Positions 1 to 10,577 of a DNA stretch of 64,000 nt are shown here, one piece after another. Source of the stretch: an uncultured Candidatus Binatia bacterium (lineage in GTDB: Bacteria > Desulfobacterota > Binatia > UBA9968 > CAXXLF01); assembly GCA_965218425.1 (NCBI GenBank), contig OZ244621.1, positions 544,001 through 608,000 on the forward strand. The letters run 5' to 3'. The first letter of the stretch is position 1. Every line of letters starts with the position of its first letter. The notes under the pieces were generated by a model. That model was not told the DNA's origin. It saw only the letters and a program-made list of their open reading frames with translations, and did no database searches. A program made the position numbers and the translations under genes.

Positions 1-218
1 CTAATCTCTTTCTCAAGCCCCGCACTCTCACTGGAATTGACAAAATTCGCCACGTAAATGGAATTGACATTTTCGGGGAAGGCCTCCCCTTTCCCCGCGA
101 AACGATAACCGCAACCGCTAAAGCTCAAAAAGGCAAGAAACAGCAATGCCGTAGCAGTAAAAAAACTCTCAAGGCGAATTGAATGAACTAATTGAGAACC
201 AGCTCTGCGGCGGCTCAT
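1..218 (-). CDS. lptE: LPS assembly lipoprotein LptE (runs off the window edge)
   Basis: Manual translation MSRRR...LLFLAFLSFSGCGYRFAG...SIYVANFVNSSESAGLEKEI shows a lipobox followed by CGY. It lies directly after leuS, matching the conserved leuS-lptE order. Confidence 0.8.
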   Translation of the reverse strand, partial: MSRRRAGSQLVHSIRLESFFTATALLFLAFLSFSGCGYRFAGKGEAFPENVNSIYVANFVNSSESAGLEKEI

Positions 219-222
219 GGCG

Positions 223-2715
223 TTATCCTTCCAACACGATATTGATCAGACGTCCCGGAACCCGCACGATTTTCTGTATCTTTTTATCCTTGATGAAAGC
301 ACCGACCTTTGGATCCGCCAAGGCCTCTTTTTCGATGGATTTCTCGCCGGCGTCGACGGGAACCGAAATCCTTCCGCGGACCTTTCCATTGACCTGAATT
401 ACGATCAGTGACGTCTCCTCTTCCAGGGCGTCCTCCGAATACTCCGGCCAACTCTTCCCTTCCAGTGAGTCTTTTTGACCCAAATCTTCCCATAGTTGAC
501 AAGAGATGTGGGGAACGAACGGATAGAGCAGCACCACAATGGACTCCAATCCGCTTTTCACCAGCGCCGCCGTTTGTTTCTTTTTAATCTCCTTCTCGTC
601 TATGGCGCTCAAGGAATTGAAAAGCTCCATGACCGCAGCAATGGCGGTATTAAAATGGTACCGGTTTTCAATATCGTCGGTGACCTTCTTGATGGTGCGA
701 TGAATTTGCCGGCGCAGGTTCTTCAGGTCATCGGACACTTTACTGGAGGCATCCCCCTTTGCCTGGAGCAAGATTTTTCTTTGTTGATAGATGAAACGCC
801 ACAACCGGTTTAGAAAGCGATAGGCCCCCTGTACCCCCTGGTCACTCCAATCCAGGTCCTTTTCCGGAGGGGCGGCAAACAGCGCAAACAGGCGTGCCGT
901 ATCCGCGCCAAATCTTTCAATCAAGAAGTTGGGATCCACCACATTTCCCTTGGACTTGGACATCTTGGCGCCGTCCTTGATGACCATTCCCTGGGTCAGT
1001 AGGTTCGTGAATGGCTCGTTGATCCCCAACCATCCCATGTCCCTGAGCGCCTTGGTAAAGAACCGAGCATAGAGAAGGTGGAGCACCGCATGCTCAATGC
1101 CGCCGATGTATTGGTCCACAGGCAACCAGTAGGCTGTTCGTTCTTTGTTTAGTGGTGACTTGAGCTCATCCGGGGAAGCGTAGCGGGCGAAGTACCACGA
1201 AGATTCCACGAAGGTATCCATGGTATCGGTCTCTCTCCTGGCGATTCCCTTGCACTTCGGACAGCTCACCTGGAAGAACTCCGGATGGTTGGCCAGTGGC
1301 GACCCCCCTTCTCTAGACAACTCGATGTCTTTGGGTAGAACTACCGGGAGATCCTCCTCGGGAACCGGAACAACCCCACAGGCATCACAGTAAATGATGG
1401 GTATGGGCGTCCCCCAATAACGTTGCCGCGAGATTCCCCAGTCCCTCAACCGATAACGAACCGTCCCCTTCCCCCATCCCTTCCCTTCGAGAAAAGCGGC
1501 AATCTTCTCTCGTGCCTCCCCACTCTCAAAGCCCGAGAAGTGATCGCTGTTCTCCAAAACGCCTTCGTCCACATAGGCCTCGGCCAGGTGGGCCACCTCC
1601 GGCAGCTCCGCTGCCTCGGGTTGAACCACGATCCGCACCGGCAATCCGTACTTGTCGGCAAACTCAAAGTCTCGCTGATCATGGGCCGGCACACCCATGA
1701 CCGCTCCAGTGCCATACTCCATGAGAACAAAATTCGCGACATAGATGGGAATATTCTCTTCGCTGAAGGGGTTGTAGCAGTAGGCTCCGGTAAAGACCCC
1801 CTCCTTCTCATAATCAGGTTCTTCCCTTTGAGCCTGGTTTACTTTTTTCATCTCTTGGATGAATTCCCTTACCCCCCTCTCCTCGTTCTTGCCACGGGAG
1901 AGGTCCAGGGCCAAGGGATGCTCCGGGGCGATGGAAACAAAGGTGGCACCGTAGACCGTATCCTGGCGGGTGGTAAAGACCGACAGATTCCCCCTTTTTC
2001 TTTCTTCCAAAGGAAATTTGATCTCAGCCCCAAGAGATCTTCCGATCCAGTTGCGTTGCATGGTGAGGACCTTTTCGGGCCAACCCGTGAGGGTATCGCA
2101 ATCCTGGAGCAACTCATCCGCGTATTGTGTGATTCGGAAGAACCATTGATCCAGCTTTTTGGTCCCAACCTCATGCTCGCACCGCCAGCATCGGCCCTCT
2201 TCCACCTGCTCATTGGCCAGCACCGTTTGACAGTGGTCACACCAGTTGACCGTGGATAATTTCTTGTAGGCCAATCCCCGTTTGAACATCTCCAGGAAAA
2301 AAAGCTGCTCCCAGCGGTAATACCCTTCTTCACAGGTGGCGAATTCCCTGTCCCAGTCGTAGCTGAACCCCATTTCCTTCAGCTGCTGGCGCATGGTGGC
2401 GATATTTTCCATGGTCCATTTGGCCGGATGTATTCCCCGTTCGATGGCCGCGTTCTCCGCGGGTAGTCCGAAGGCGTCCCACCCCATTGGATGCAGCACG
2501 TTGTACCCCCGCATCCTCTTATAGCGGGCAATAACATCGCCGATGGAATAATTTCGCACATGGCCCATGTGTATTTCGCCGGAAGGATAAGGAAACATCT
2601 CCAGAAGGTAGCACTTGGGAAGATTAGAGCCCTCTGTCACCCGGAAGCTCCTGTTTTCCTCCCAGACCTTCTGCCATCTCCGTTCGATTTTTTCGGGTTG
2701 GTATTTTTCGTCCAT
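223..2715 (-). CDS. leuS: Leucine--tRNA ligase
   Basis: 830 aa with [22 protein letters not shown] and KMSKS motifs. Confidence 0.99.
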   Translation of the reverse strand: MDEKYQPEKIERRWQKVWEENRSFRVTEGSNLPKCYLLEMFPYPSGEIHMGHVRNYSIGDVIARYKRMRGYNVLHPMGWDAFGLPAENAAIERGIHPAKWTMENIATMRQQLKEMGFSYDWDREFATCEEGYYRWEQLFFLEMFKRGLAYKKLSTVNWCDHCQTVLANEQVEEGRCWRCEHEVGTKKLDQWFFRITQYADELLQDCDTLTGWPEKVLTMQRNWIGRSLGAEIKFPLEERKRGNLSVFTTRQDTVYGATFVSIAPEHPLALDLSRGKNEERGVREFIQEMKKVNQAQREEPDYEKEGVFTGAYCYNPFSEENIPIYVANFVLMEYGTGAVMGVPAHDQRDFEFADKYGLPVRIVVQPEAAELPEVAHLAEAYVDEGVLENSDHFSGFESGEAREKIAAFLEGKGWGKGTVRYRLRDWGISRQRYWGTPIPIIYCDACGVVPVPEEDLPVVLPKDIELSREGGSPLANHPEFFQVSCPKCKGIARRETDTMDTFVESSWYFARYASPDELKSPLNKERTAYWLPVDQYIGGIEHAVLHLLYARFFTKALRDMGWLGINEPFTNLLTQGMVIKDGAKMSKSKGNVVDPNFLIERFGADTARLFALFAAPPEKDLDWSDQGVQGAYRFLNRLWRFIYQQRKILLQAKGDASSKVSDDLKNLRRQIHRTIKKVTDDIENRYHFNTAIAAVMELFNSLSAIDEKEIKKKQTAALVKSGLESIVVLLYPFVPHISCQLWEDLGQKDSLEGKSWPEYSEDALEEETSLIVIQVNGKVRGRISVPVDAGEKSIEKEALADPKVGAFIKDKKIQKIVRVPGRLINIVLEG

Positions 2716-2745
2716 GGCTTGACCTGTGCCTACCTGGAGTTGAAT

Positions 2746-3165
2746 TTAGAGCTGTTCTTTGGTCCCGCCTGACGCGGCCACATGGTCCAGCACACCGTTG
2801 ATGAATGTGGCCGAATCCTCTGAGCTGAAGCGCTTGCTGACCTCAATGGCCTCATCGATGCTAACATTGAGGGGGATATCAGGACAGAATAATAGTTCAT
2901 AGCTAGCCAAGCGTAAGATGGCGAGATCCACTTTGGGCATTCGACTAAGCTTCCAATTGTCAGTGGATTGTTCAATGAGTTGGTCGATCTCTTCCCGATG
3001 CATGACCACTCCGGCGACCAAGCGGCGGGCGAACTCTCTCGCTTTGACGTTTCCTTCAAAGTAGCTCCAAAAGAGTTCCAGCGGCGCCGAGGAGGCGTCC
3101 CCGGTGATTTCAATCTGATAAAGAACCTGTAGGGCAAGTTCTCTACCTCTGCGCCTAATACCCAT
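2746..3165 (-). CDS. nusB: Transcription antitermination factor NusB
   Basis: RRRGRELALQVLY, DLAILRLA, EAIEVSKRF, FINGVLD; follows ribH. Confidence 0.98.
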   Translation of the reverse strand: MGIRRRGRELALQVLYQIEITGDASSAPLELFWSYFEGNVKAREFARRLVAGVVMHREEIDQLIEQSTDNWKLSRMPKVDLAILRLASYELLFCPDIPLNVSIDEAIEVSKRFSSEDSATFINGVLDHVAASGGTKEQL

Positions 3166-3242
3166 AACAATTCAATGACCGATACCTTTGCCTCGACCCG
3201 GCGCAACCCCACCAGGCTGAGCAAAGGATGAAGTTGACACTT

Positions 3243-3707
3243 CTATGAAATTTCTTTTTCCAGGCAGACCATCTCGATGGCCGTCAGCGCCGCTTCGTAT
3301 CCCTTATTATCTAATTCTTTGCCTGCCCGTTCAATGGCCTGTTCTACGGTGTAGGTGGTAAGAACACCAAATGCGATGGGAATCCGATGCTCCATCATGG
3401 CGCGGCCAATCCCCCTGGTAACCTCTCCCGAAATATACTCGAAGTGAGCCGTCTCACCCTTGATCACGGCGCCCAGACAAATCAACGCATCGTATTTTCC
3501 GCTGGCTGCCATCTTGGCAGCCAGAAGGGGGATTTCAAATGAGCCAGGGACCCGTACCACTTCGATATTGTTGTCTTCACACCCATGCTGCTTCAAGGCT
3601 TCCAGAGCGCCATCCAGGAGCTTATCGGTGACGAAATCATTGAAGCGGCTTGCAATGATGCCGAACTTCAATCCCGCTGCATGGAGTTTGGCCTCAATGA
3701 CCCTCAT
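3243..3707 (-). CDS. ribH: 6,7-dimethyl-8-ribityllumazine synthase
   Basis: SRFN, VPGSFEIP, LGAVIKGETAHFEY, NKGYEAA. Confidence 0.98.
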   Translation of the reverse strand: MRVIEAKLHAAGLKFGIIASRFNDFVTDKLLDGALEALKQHGCEDNNIEVVRVPGSFEIPLLAAKMAASGKYDALICLGAVIKGETAHFEYISGEVTRGIGRAMMEHRIPIAFGVLTTYTVEQAIERAGKELDNKGYEAALTAIEMVCLEKEIS

Positions 3708-3732
3708 GTTCGTCCACAGTCGGGATAAAACC

Positions 3733-4956
3733 CTACTTTTCGTGATTGGCCTGCACCTTGGACAGAAGATGGCCCAACTTTTCCTGCTTCGTACGAAGAT
3801 AACCGATGTTGGACTTATGCGGAGTAATTTCTATGGGGACCCGCTCAGCCACGGTGATACCGTAACCCTGAAGTCCGATAATTTTTTGCGGGTTATTGGT
3901 TAGCAGTCTCAACTTCTCGATTCCTAAATCCCGCAAGATCTGGGCGCCGATGCCATAGTCCCGAAGGTCTTCTTTAAAACCCAACTCGATATTGGCCTCC
4001 ACGGTGTCCATGCCCTGGTCTTGGAGAGCATAGGCCTTGATCTTATTGGTCAACCCGATGCCCCTCCCCTCCTGGTTCATGTAAACCAGCACACCCTTTC
4101 CTGTTTCGCTGATCAATTTGAGTGATTGGAAGATCTGATCCCCGCAATCGCAGCGTTCCGACCCAAAGACATCCCCGGTGAGGCACTCCGAGTGCATCCG
4201 TACCATGACGTTTCCCCTGGTTGGGATTTCTCCCTTGATCAGAGCCAGGTGTTCATTCGCATCCACGTTGGTTCGATAGGAAATGGCTTTGAAACTGCCA
4301 TGAACCGTATTAAAGACGGATTCTCCCATTCGCTTGACCAAGAACTCGCTGCGCAGCCGATAGGCAACTAGATCCGCCACCGAGACGATCTTCAGGTTGT
4401 GCTTGGATGCGAGTTTTTTAAGATCGGGCATCAAGGCAACGGCCCCGGCTTCTGTTAAGATCCGGCTAATGACCCCTGCCGGCTGTAATCCGCAAAGACG
4501 TGCAAGGTCCACCGACGCCTCTGTGTGCCCCGTCCTCACCAGGACTCCCCCGGTGCGAGTCTTGGCGGGAAATACATTGCCCGGCACTCTCAGGTCGCTG
4601 GGTTTGGCTCCCACACGCACAGCGGTCTTAATGGTTTCGGCCCTGCCTGCAGCCGAGACACCAAAACCGGAAACGCTCTTGGCGTCGATGGGAACCCCAA
4701 TGGGCGCGCTTAGCGCAGGCACATTGGGCTGGGCCGGTATGAGAATACCCAGCTCCTTCATCTTTTCTTCTGTCAAGGTCAGATAGATAATCCCGCCGCG
4801 GCCCCGGCTGAGGATAAAATTGATGGCCTCTGGGGTTACCTTGTCACTGGCGATGAAAAACGTACCATCACTTTCCGGAGAGTCCTCGTCCACCAGGATA
4901 ACGATGTCGCCCTCACACAGCGATTTTAAGGTTTCCTCAATGGATGACATGGTCAC
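3733..4956 (-). CDS. ribBA: RibBA fusion: intact GTP cyclohydrolase II with a degenerate DHBP synthase domain
   Basis: The C-terminal motifs [23 protein letters not shown] and LLTNNP are intact. The N-terminal RibB-like domain has many active-site substitutions. Confidence 0.93.
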   Translation of the reverse strand: MTMSSIEETLKSLCEGDIVILVDEDSPESDGTFFIASDKVTPEAINFILSRGRGGIIYLTLTEEKMKELGILIPAQPNVPALSAPIGVPIDAKSVSGFGVSAAGRAETIKTAVRVGAKPSDLRVPGNVFPAKTRTGGVLVRTGHTEASVDLARLCGLQPAGVISRILTEAGAVALMPDLKKLASKHNLKIVSVADLVAYRLRSEFLVKRMGESVFNTVHGSFKAISYRTNVDANEHLALIKGEIPTRGNVMVRMHSECLTGDVFGSERCDCGDQIFQSLKLISETGKGVLVYMNQEGRGIGLTNKIKAYALQDQGMDTVEANIELGFKEDLRDYGIGAQILRDLGIEKLRLLTNNPQKIIGLQGYGITVAERVPIEITPHKSNIGYLRTKQEKLGHLLSKVQANHEK

Positions 4957-4959
4957 GGT

Positions 4960-5604
4960 TCAATCCTCGCTGTCCGGAATCGATTTGTTGGCAAATCGCT
5001 CGGATTTACTTGATTTGCCCGGCTTGATAAGTTGCTGGACGTACTTTCCAATCAGGTCTGTTTCGATATTGACCTTATCACCAACCCTACGCCTGTGCAA
5101 ATTAGTGTGCTGGAGGGTAAACGGAATGATAGCAATGGAAAAACACTGGTTTGCACACTCATTGACCGTCAAACTGATCCCATCCAAGGCAACGGAACCT
5201 TTGGGCACCAGCATCCGATAGATGGGCTTGGGAACCCTCAACTCAAGGAAAGTAAACTCTTCCCGCTCTTGAATGGCCTTCACCGTCCCTATCCCATCCA
5301 CATGCCCGGTAACCAGATGACCCCCAAGACGGTCCATTAATCTGAGGGGTCGCTCAAGGTTTATGGGATCCCCAACCTTTACTCCGTTCAGATTAGTTTT
5401 TTCCAGGGTCTCGGGTGAAACATCCACCGTTAGACGCCCCTTGGATCTGGTCACAACGGTTAGACAGGTACCGTTGACCGCGATGGAGGAGCCCAATTTG
5501 ATATCCCGCCCCGGGAGATGGGTACTGAAGGTGAGCTTTCCCGCCCTTTTGCCGATTTGCCATCGGTTAACCTTACCCACGTCTTCAATGAGCCCGGTAA
5601 ACAT
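4960..5604 (-). CDS. ribE: Riboflavin synthase (alpha-chain type)
   Basis: MFTGLIE N-terminus, SIAVNGTCLTV, GGHLVTGHVD, KGSVALDGISLTV. Confidence 0.98.
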   Translation of the reverse strand: MFTGLIEDVGKVNRWQIGKRAGKLTFSTHLPGRDIKLGSSIAVNGTCLTVVTRSKGRLTVDVSPETLEKTNLNGVKVGDPINLERPLRLMDRLGGHLVTGHVDGIGTVKAIQEREEFTFLELRVPKPIYRMLVPKGSVALDGISLTVNECANQCFSIAIIPFTLQHTNLHRRRVGDKVNIETDLIGKYVQQLIKPGKSSKSERFANKSIPDSED

Positions 5605-5752
5605 TGTTCTTCGTTAATCGTTAAAGGCCAATGGTTGATGGTTACACGTTAATTGATTATCCGTCTCAAACACTTGATGGTTGATTCTTCCTCTTATTAG
5701 TTTAATCTTTTGCCTTTTTACTATTCCCTTTTTAGTCTTTTTTCCCAACTTT

Positions 5753-6850
5753 TTACTTCTTTATATATCCCGTGACCATTATATCCTGGCCGAATCTCTT
5801 CGTCTCCATATCCTTTACGATCTTGCTGCGGACCATCTTGCTGATTCCCAGACCGTCCACCATGTCCCTGCCCTCGCCGCCAATGATCTTGGGTGCATAG
5901 AAAAACACCACTTGATCCACTACCCCTTCCTTCAGGGCCCGTGCCGCAGTGCCCCCTCCCCCTTCAATCATAACACTCAGGAATCCCAACCGACCCAACC
6001 TCTTTAAGAGAGCAGAAAAGGGAATCCATCCCCCACGCAATGGGAAACGCCAAACCTCGGCGCCGGTTTTTTCGATCCCCTTGGCCTTCTCTGCCGAGGC
6101 ACGAGGGCCGGCGGCTACGATGGTCCTTTCGGGATTGCGCTGACGGAGCAGATTGGCGCCGGTAGGGATCCTTAGCCGTCCATCCAGCACCACCCTGAAT
6201 GGATCACGACCCTTCGAGATACGGCAGGTGAGCTTTGGATTGTCGGCAAGCACCGTACCGATGCCAACCACCACAGCATCCACTCGGTCACGCAATCGGT
6301 GAACGTAATCCCGCGCGGCTTCCCCGGTGACCCACTGGGAATCCCCCGTGGAGGTAGCGATCTTGCCGTCCAAAGTAGCCGCTAGTTTTAGAATGACGAA
6401 TGGAACGTGATGGCGAATATGTTTGATGAAGGCCTGGTTAAGCCTTCGACATTCACTCTCGAGGACCCCCACTCGAACCTGGATTCCCGCCCGGCGAAGC
6501 CTTTTGATCCCCCTACCCGACACCCGTGGATTGGGATCCACCATCCCAACCACCACATGCTTCACCCCAGACTGGATCAGGACCGGCGTGCAAGGTGGGG
6601 TCCGACCCTGATGGGTGCAGGGTTCAAAGTTAAGGTACAGAGTGGCCCCGCGAGCCCGTTTGCCTGCGCGTTTGAGGGCAGCAATTTCTGCATGATCACC
6701 CCCAGCGCGTCGATGGTAACCCTTGCCCACGATCTTCCCCCCGCGCACCACCACTGCTCCCACCATTGGATTAGGACTCGTCCTACCTGCACCCTTGAGG
6801 GCCAAGCCAAGGGCCAAGCGCATGTACCGTTCATGGAGATCATCTCCCAT
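5753..6850 (-). CDS. ribD: Bifunctional riboflavin biosynthesis deaminase/reductase
   Basis: PNPMVG, HAE, EPCTHQGRTPPC, TLDGKIA, EGGG. Confidence 0.98.
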   Translation of the reverse strand: MGDDLHERYMRLALGLALKGAGRTSPNPMVGAVVVRGGKIVGKGYHRRAGGDHAEIAALKRAGKRARGATLYLNFEPCTHQGRTPPCTPVLIQSGVKHVVVGMVDPNPRVSGRGIKRLRRAGIQVRVGVLESECRRLNQAFIKHIRHHVPFVILKLAATLDGKIATSTGDSQWVTGEAARDYVHRLRDRVDAVVVGIGTVLADNPKLTCRISKGRDPFRVVLDGRLRIPTGANLLRQRNPERTIVAAGPRASAEKAKGIEKTGAEVWRFPLRGGWIPFSALLKRLGRLGFLSVMIEGGGGTAARALKEGVVDQVVFFYAPKIIGGEGRDMVDGLGISKMVRSKIVKDMETKRFGQDIMVTGYIKK

Positions 6851-6867
6851 TCGGAAAACCGAGTCCC

Positions 6868-7371
6868 CTAACCCTTTTTCTGGGCGCGGGCCCCCTGCTT
6901 CCCAAGGCTCAACCCCTTGCGCTCCTTAAGCAGTTCTTCCAATTCCACCATGAACTCACCGATATCCTTGAAGGAACGGTAAACAGATGCGAAGCGAACA
7001 TAGGCCACCGGATCGATATCGTGGAGTTCCCGCATTGCCGACTCACCGATGATGGCGCTCTGGATTTCCTTTTCTCCCCGCTCCTGGAGTCCCCGCTCAA
7101 TGCGGTCGGCGGCGGTCTCAATGGTGTTGATACTAACAGGCCGCTTTTCACAGGCCCTCTTTAGGCCGTTAACGATCTTCATACGATCGTATGTCTCCCG
7201 TCGTCCATCCTTCTTCACCACCAGGGGCATGGTTTCCTCCACCCTCTCATAGGTGGTAAATCGCCGGGTGCACTTGGGACACTCACGCCGACGACGAACC
7301 ATGTCGCCGTCCTTACTGAGTCGGGAGTCGATCACTCGATTATCAAGTTCATGGCAAAAGGGACACTTCAC
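6868..7371 (-). CDS. nrdR: Transcriptional repressor NrdR
   Basis: CPFC...RRRRECPKC zinc ribbon, ATP cone, [13 protein letters not shown] start. Confidence 0.98.
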   Translation of the reverse strand: MKCPFCHELDNRVIDSRLSKDGDMVRRRRECPKCTRRFTTYERVEETMPLVVKKDGRRETYDRMKIVNGLKRACEKRPVSINTIETAADRIERGLQERGEKEIQSAIIGESAMRELHDIDPVAYVRFASVYRSFKDIGEFMVELEELLKERKGLSLGKQGARAQKKG

Positions 7372-7609
7372 CGTTCCATAACCTCAGCACGATTCACAAA
7401 AGAATAAATTCAACAAAGCTCATCCCGCCAAGACGCTACGGAAACTAGTCGGCAGTTAGCAGGACGCAGTAAGCACATCTGAATTTAGAGAACCCCGGCG
7501 TAATAGTTCATTCCCTACTGCTTGCTGCCATCCGCTCGCTGTCACCTGGTTTCGCTTCGTCCTTTGCGCCTTAGCGCGAGTTATCTCTTTCCCGACGTAT
7601 GACAGCTTA

Positions 7610-8863
7610 TTAATCCTTCCCCAACCTGTGGGGATAGACCGGAAAGCCTTTGCAAAATTCCCGCACATCATCACCGATGGATTTGAGCGCGCCGTCGTCT
7701 GCCACACGACTCAAGGCGTTGGAGATAAACCCGGCAATGGTGTCCATCTCCTTCTCCTTCATTCCGCGGCTGGTTACCGCTGGCGTCCCGATCCGGACAC
7801 CGCTGGTGACAAAGGGTGAGCGGGTCTCAAAGGGGACGGTGTTCTTGTTCACCGTAATCCGTGCCTTGTCCAACGCCTCCTGGGCCACCTTTCCCGTCAA
7901 CTCCGATTTGCGCAGGTCCAACAGCATCAGGTGGTTGTCCGTGCCACCCGAGGTGAGACGAAACCCTCTTGTCATCAACGCTGCCGCAAGGACCTTGGCG
8001 TTTTTTGTGATCTGTTCCTGGTAGGCTTTGAACCCCGGCGCCAATGCCTCTTTAAAGGCCACCGCCTTAGCAGCGATAACATGCATGAGGGGGCCTCCCT
8101 GGAGTCCGGGAAACACCTTACTGTTGATGGCCTTCGCGTGCTCTTCCCGACACAGGATCATCCCCCCCCGTGGGCCCCTCAAGGTCTTGTGGGTCGTGGT
8201 GGTGACGAAATCCGCATAGGGCACCGGGCTCGGGTGCTGTCCGCCAGCCACGAGCCCTGCAATGTGCGCCATGTCCACCATGAGACGGGCTCCCACCTCG
8301 TCCGCAATCTCGCGAAACTTTTTGTAGTTCAGTATTCGGGGGTAGGCGCTCGCTCCAGCGATAATGAGCCGTGGGCGATGCTCCCGCGCAAGCTTTTTCA
8401 GATTGTCGTAATCGATGGTTTCCGTATCTTCTCCAACCCCATAGGGGACGACTTTGTAAATCATCCCTGAGAAGTTCACTGGACTTCCCATGGACAGGTG
8501 GCCACCATGGGCGAGGTTCATACCAAGATAGGTATCCCCCGGGTTCAGCACCGTAAGATAGACCGCCATGTTGGCCTGTGTGCCGGAGTGGGGCTGAACG
8601 TTTGCGTGGTCGGCTCCAAAGAGCTCCTTTGCTCTGGAGATGGCCAGGTCCTCCACCAGGTCATGAAACTCACACCCTCCATAATACCTCCGCCCCGGAT
8701 ACCCCTCCGCATACTTGTTCGTCATCACCGAACCCTGAGCCTCCAGAACCGCCTCACTGACCACGTTCTCCGACGCGATCAGCTCGAGGTTGGACTCCAG
8801 CCGCTTGGTTTCGTTCCGAACGGCATTAAACACTTCCGCGTCTGCCTGCTTAAGAAAAGACAT
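7610..8863 (-). CDS. glyA: Serine hydroxymethyltransferase
   Basis: [36 protein letters not shown]. Confidence 0.99.
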   Translation of the reverse strand: MSFLKQADAEVFNAVRNETKRLESNLELIASENVVSEAVLEAQGSVMTNKYAEGYPGRRYYGGCEFHDLVEDLAISRAKELFGADHANVQPHSGTQANMAVYLTVLNPGDTYLGMNLAHGGHLSMGSPVNFSGMIYKVVPYGVGEDTETIDYDNLKKLAREHRPRLIIAGASAYPRILNYKKFREIADEVGARLMVDMAHIAGLVAGGQHPSPVPYADFVTTTTHKTLRGPRGGMILCREEHAKAINSKVFPGLQGGPLMHVIAAKAVAFKEALAPGFKAYQEQITKNAKVLAAALMTRGFRLTSGGTDNHLMLLDLRKSELTGKVAQEALDKARITVNKNTVPFETRSPFVTSGVRIGTPAVTSRGMKEKEMDTIAGFISNALSRVADDGALKSIGDDVREFCKGFPVYPHRLGKD

Positions 8864-8950
8864 ACTTTAAATAGATTCCTCCTCTATCAATATGGGTGCG
8901 GAGATCCGAAACCTGAAGGGGTAGAGCCGTTCTCTGGCTTCAGCTCTCGT

Positions 8951-9409
8951 CTAGTCTTTGACCTGAGTCCCGAGCTCGTGCTCCACTTGCGTAATCTTAT
9001 CCACGCGGCGCTGATGTCGGCCCCCGGCAAATTGGGTTTGCAGCCAACACTCCAAGATCTGTTCAGCCACGGGTTTTGCCGTTGCGCCACCGCCGAGAAC
9101 CAGGATATTCGAATCGTTGTGTTCTCGACTCATCTGGGCCTCTGAGGGATCATGCACCAACGCAGCCCGGACACCGGGAAACTTGTTTGCCAGTATGGAC
9201 ATCCCGATGCCAGAGGTACAGACCAAAATCCCACGCTCCGCGCGCCCCTTCGATACCTCCAGGGACACCAAACGACCGTAATCCGGATAATCTACGGACG
9301 TTTTGTCGTTGGTTCCCATATCCACCACTTCCATCCCTCTGGATTGAAGGACATAGACCAAATGATCCTTCAATTCCAGTCCCCCGTGGTCACAACCAAC
9401 GGCAATCAT
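8951..9409 (-). CDS. rpiB: Ribose-5-phosphate isomerase B
   Basis: GCDHGG, DYPD, ANKFPGVRAA, REHND, FAGGRHQRR. Confidence 0.96.
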   Translation of the reverse strand: MIAVGCDHGGLELKDHLVYVLQSRGMEVVDMGTNDKTSVDYPDYGRLVSLEVSKGRAERGILVCTSGIGMSILANKFPGVRAALVHDPSEAQMSREHNDSNILVLGGGATAKPVAEQILECWLQTQFAGGRHQRRVDKITQVEHELGTQVKD

Positions 9410-9436
9410 AAACGTCAGCTCTTAAAGTCTCTCCAT

Positions 9437-9482
9437 AAAAAAATCGCAGAAGCCTGGCTTTCGCCACGGTGACTCCTGCGAT
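9437..9482 (-). terminator. Intrinsic terminator downstream of acpP
   Basis: Minus strand reads ATCGCAGGAGTC-ACCG-TGGC-GAAA-GCCA-GGCTTCTGCGAT followed by a T run: a 12 bp stem with G-U pairs and a GAAA-capped inner stem. Confidence 0.75.
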
Positions 9483-9568
9483 GTGTTCCTAAACTGATTA
9501 GTAAATACCTTGCCGCACCCGTGGTTCGGCACTTACCCCTAGGTCTCCCGTGTAAAATGACGGTGTTT

Positions 9569-9805
9569 TTACTTGTGACCCTCGATATAAGTGACAACAT
9601 CCTGAACGGTCTTGATCTTTTCGGCGTCCTCGTCGGAGATTTCCATCTCGTATTCCTCCTCCAAGGCCATTACCAGCTCAACGATATCCAGGGAGTCAGC
9701 CCCTAAATCGTCTATGAACGAGGCCTGCGGCGTAACTTCCTGGTCACTCACACCCAGTTGCTCACAGACAATCTCTTTAATCCTAGTTTCCACCGTTGCT
9801 GCCAT
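9569..9805 (-). CDS. acpP: Acyl carrier protein
   Basis: [14 protein letters not shown] phosphopantetheine motif; GGAGGTG RBS upstream of the ATG at 9805. Confidence 0.98.
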   Translation of the reverse strand: MAATVETRIKEIVCEQLGVSDQEVTPQASFIDDLGADSLDIVELVMALEEEYEMEISDEDAEKIKTVQDVVTYIEGHK

Positions 9806-9833
9806 CGCTCTCACCTCCTATACAACTTTTTCC

Positions 9834-10577
9834 TTACATGTACAGTCCGCCATTCACATTGATCACCTGTCCTGTGATGTAACTGGCACCAGGACCCACC
9901 AAAAAACAGACTGTCTCTGCCACATCCTCCCTGGTACCAAACCGGGACAATGGAATGGTTTGCAAAAAAGACTGCTGAAGCTCGGGGTTGAGTTTAGCAG
10001 TCATTTCAGTATCAATAAACCCCGGCGCCACTGCATTTACTGTAATCCCGCGAGACGCCACCTCGCGAGCCATGGACTTGGTAAACCCGATAATCCCGGC
10101 CTTCGTTGATGCGTAGATGGATTGTCCTGCATTGCCAATCTGTCCTACCACGGACGTCAGGTTGGCAATTCGGCCGTATCGTTTGCGAATCATACCCCGA
10201 CAAACGGACTTGGTACAGTGAAAGGTCCCTTTTAGGTTTACACCAAGGACCCGATCCCATTCCTTAGCGCTGGCACGTACCAAGAGACTGTCGGAGGTGA
10301 GACCCGCGTTGTTGACTAGAATATCAATTTTTTTATGCCGGTCAACGATTTTCTTCACCGCTCCCTCCACCTGGTCTTCCTGGGCCACGTCGAAGGCGCA
10401 GAGCTCACCTGAGCCCCCTGCGCTCACCACGTCGTGAAGGGACTCCTCAGCGGCCCCTTTATTTTCCCTGTAGTTAACAACAACCTGGGCCCCACGTCTA
10501 CCTATGGCCAATACAATGGCCCTCCCGATCCCCCGGCTTCCACCAGTGACCAATGCCACCTGACCTTTTAGAGTCAT
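9834..10577 (-). CDS. fabG: 3-oxoacyl-ACP reductase
   Basis: TGGSRGIG, NNAG, YASTK, PGFIDTEMT. The ATG at 10577 overlaps the fabD stop (ATGA); an alternative start is at 10583. Confidence 0.96.
   Translation of the reverse strand: MTLKGQVALVTGGSRGIGRAIVLAIGRRGAQVVVNYRENKGAAEESLHDVVSAGGSGELCAFDVAQEDQVEGAVKKIVDRHKKIDILVNNAGLTSDSLLVRASAKEWDRVLGVNLKGTFHCTKSVCRGMIRKRYGRIANLTSVVGQIGNAGQSIYASTKAGIIGFTKSMAREVASRGITVNAVAPGFIDTEMTAKLNPELQQSFLQTIPLSRFGTREDVAETVCFLVGPGASYITGQVINVNGGLYM

Noticed and set aside
1423..2259. Long antisense or alternate-frame ORFs (also 55449-56345, 47371-48150, 20176-20919, 42316-43026)
   Set aside because: They are shadows of well-supported genes on the opposite strand and have no recognisable motifs.
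6851..7609. FMN riboswitch for the rib genes
   Set aside because: No RFN consensus was seen, and ribD follows nrdR by only 17 bp.
9410..9568. ZMP/ZTP or c-di-GMP riboswitch upstream of rpiB-glyA
   Set aside because: The conserved cores are not present in order on the coding strand. Two hairpins, one a terminator, explain the region.
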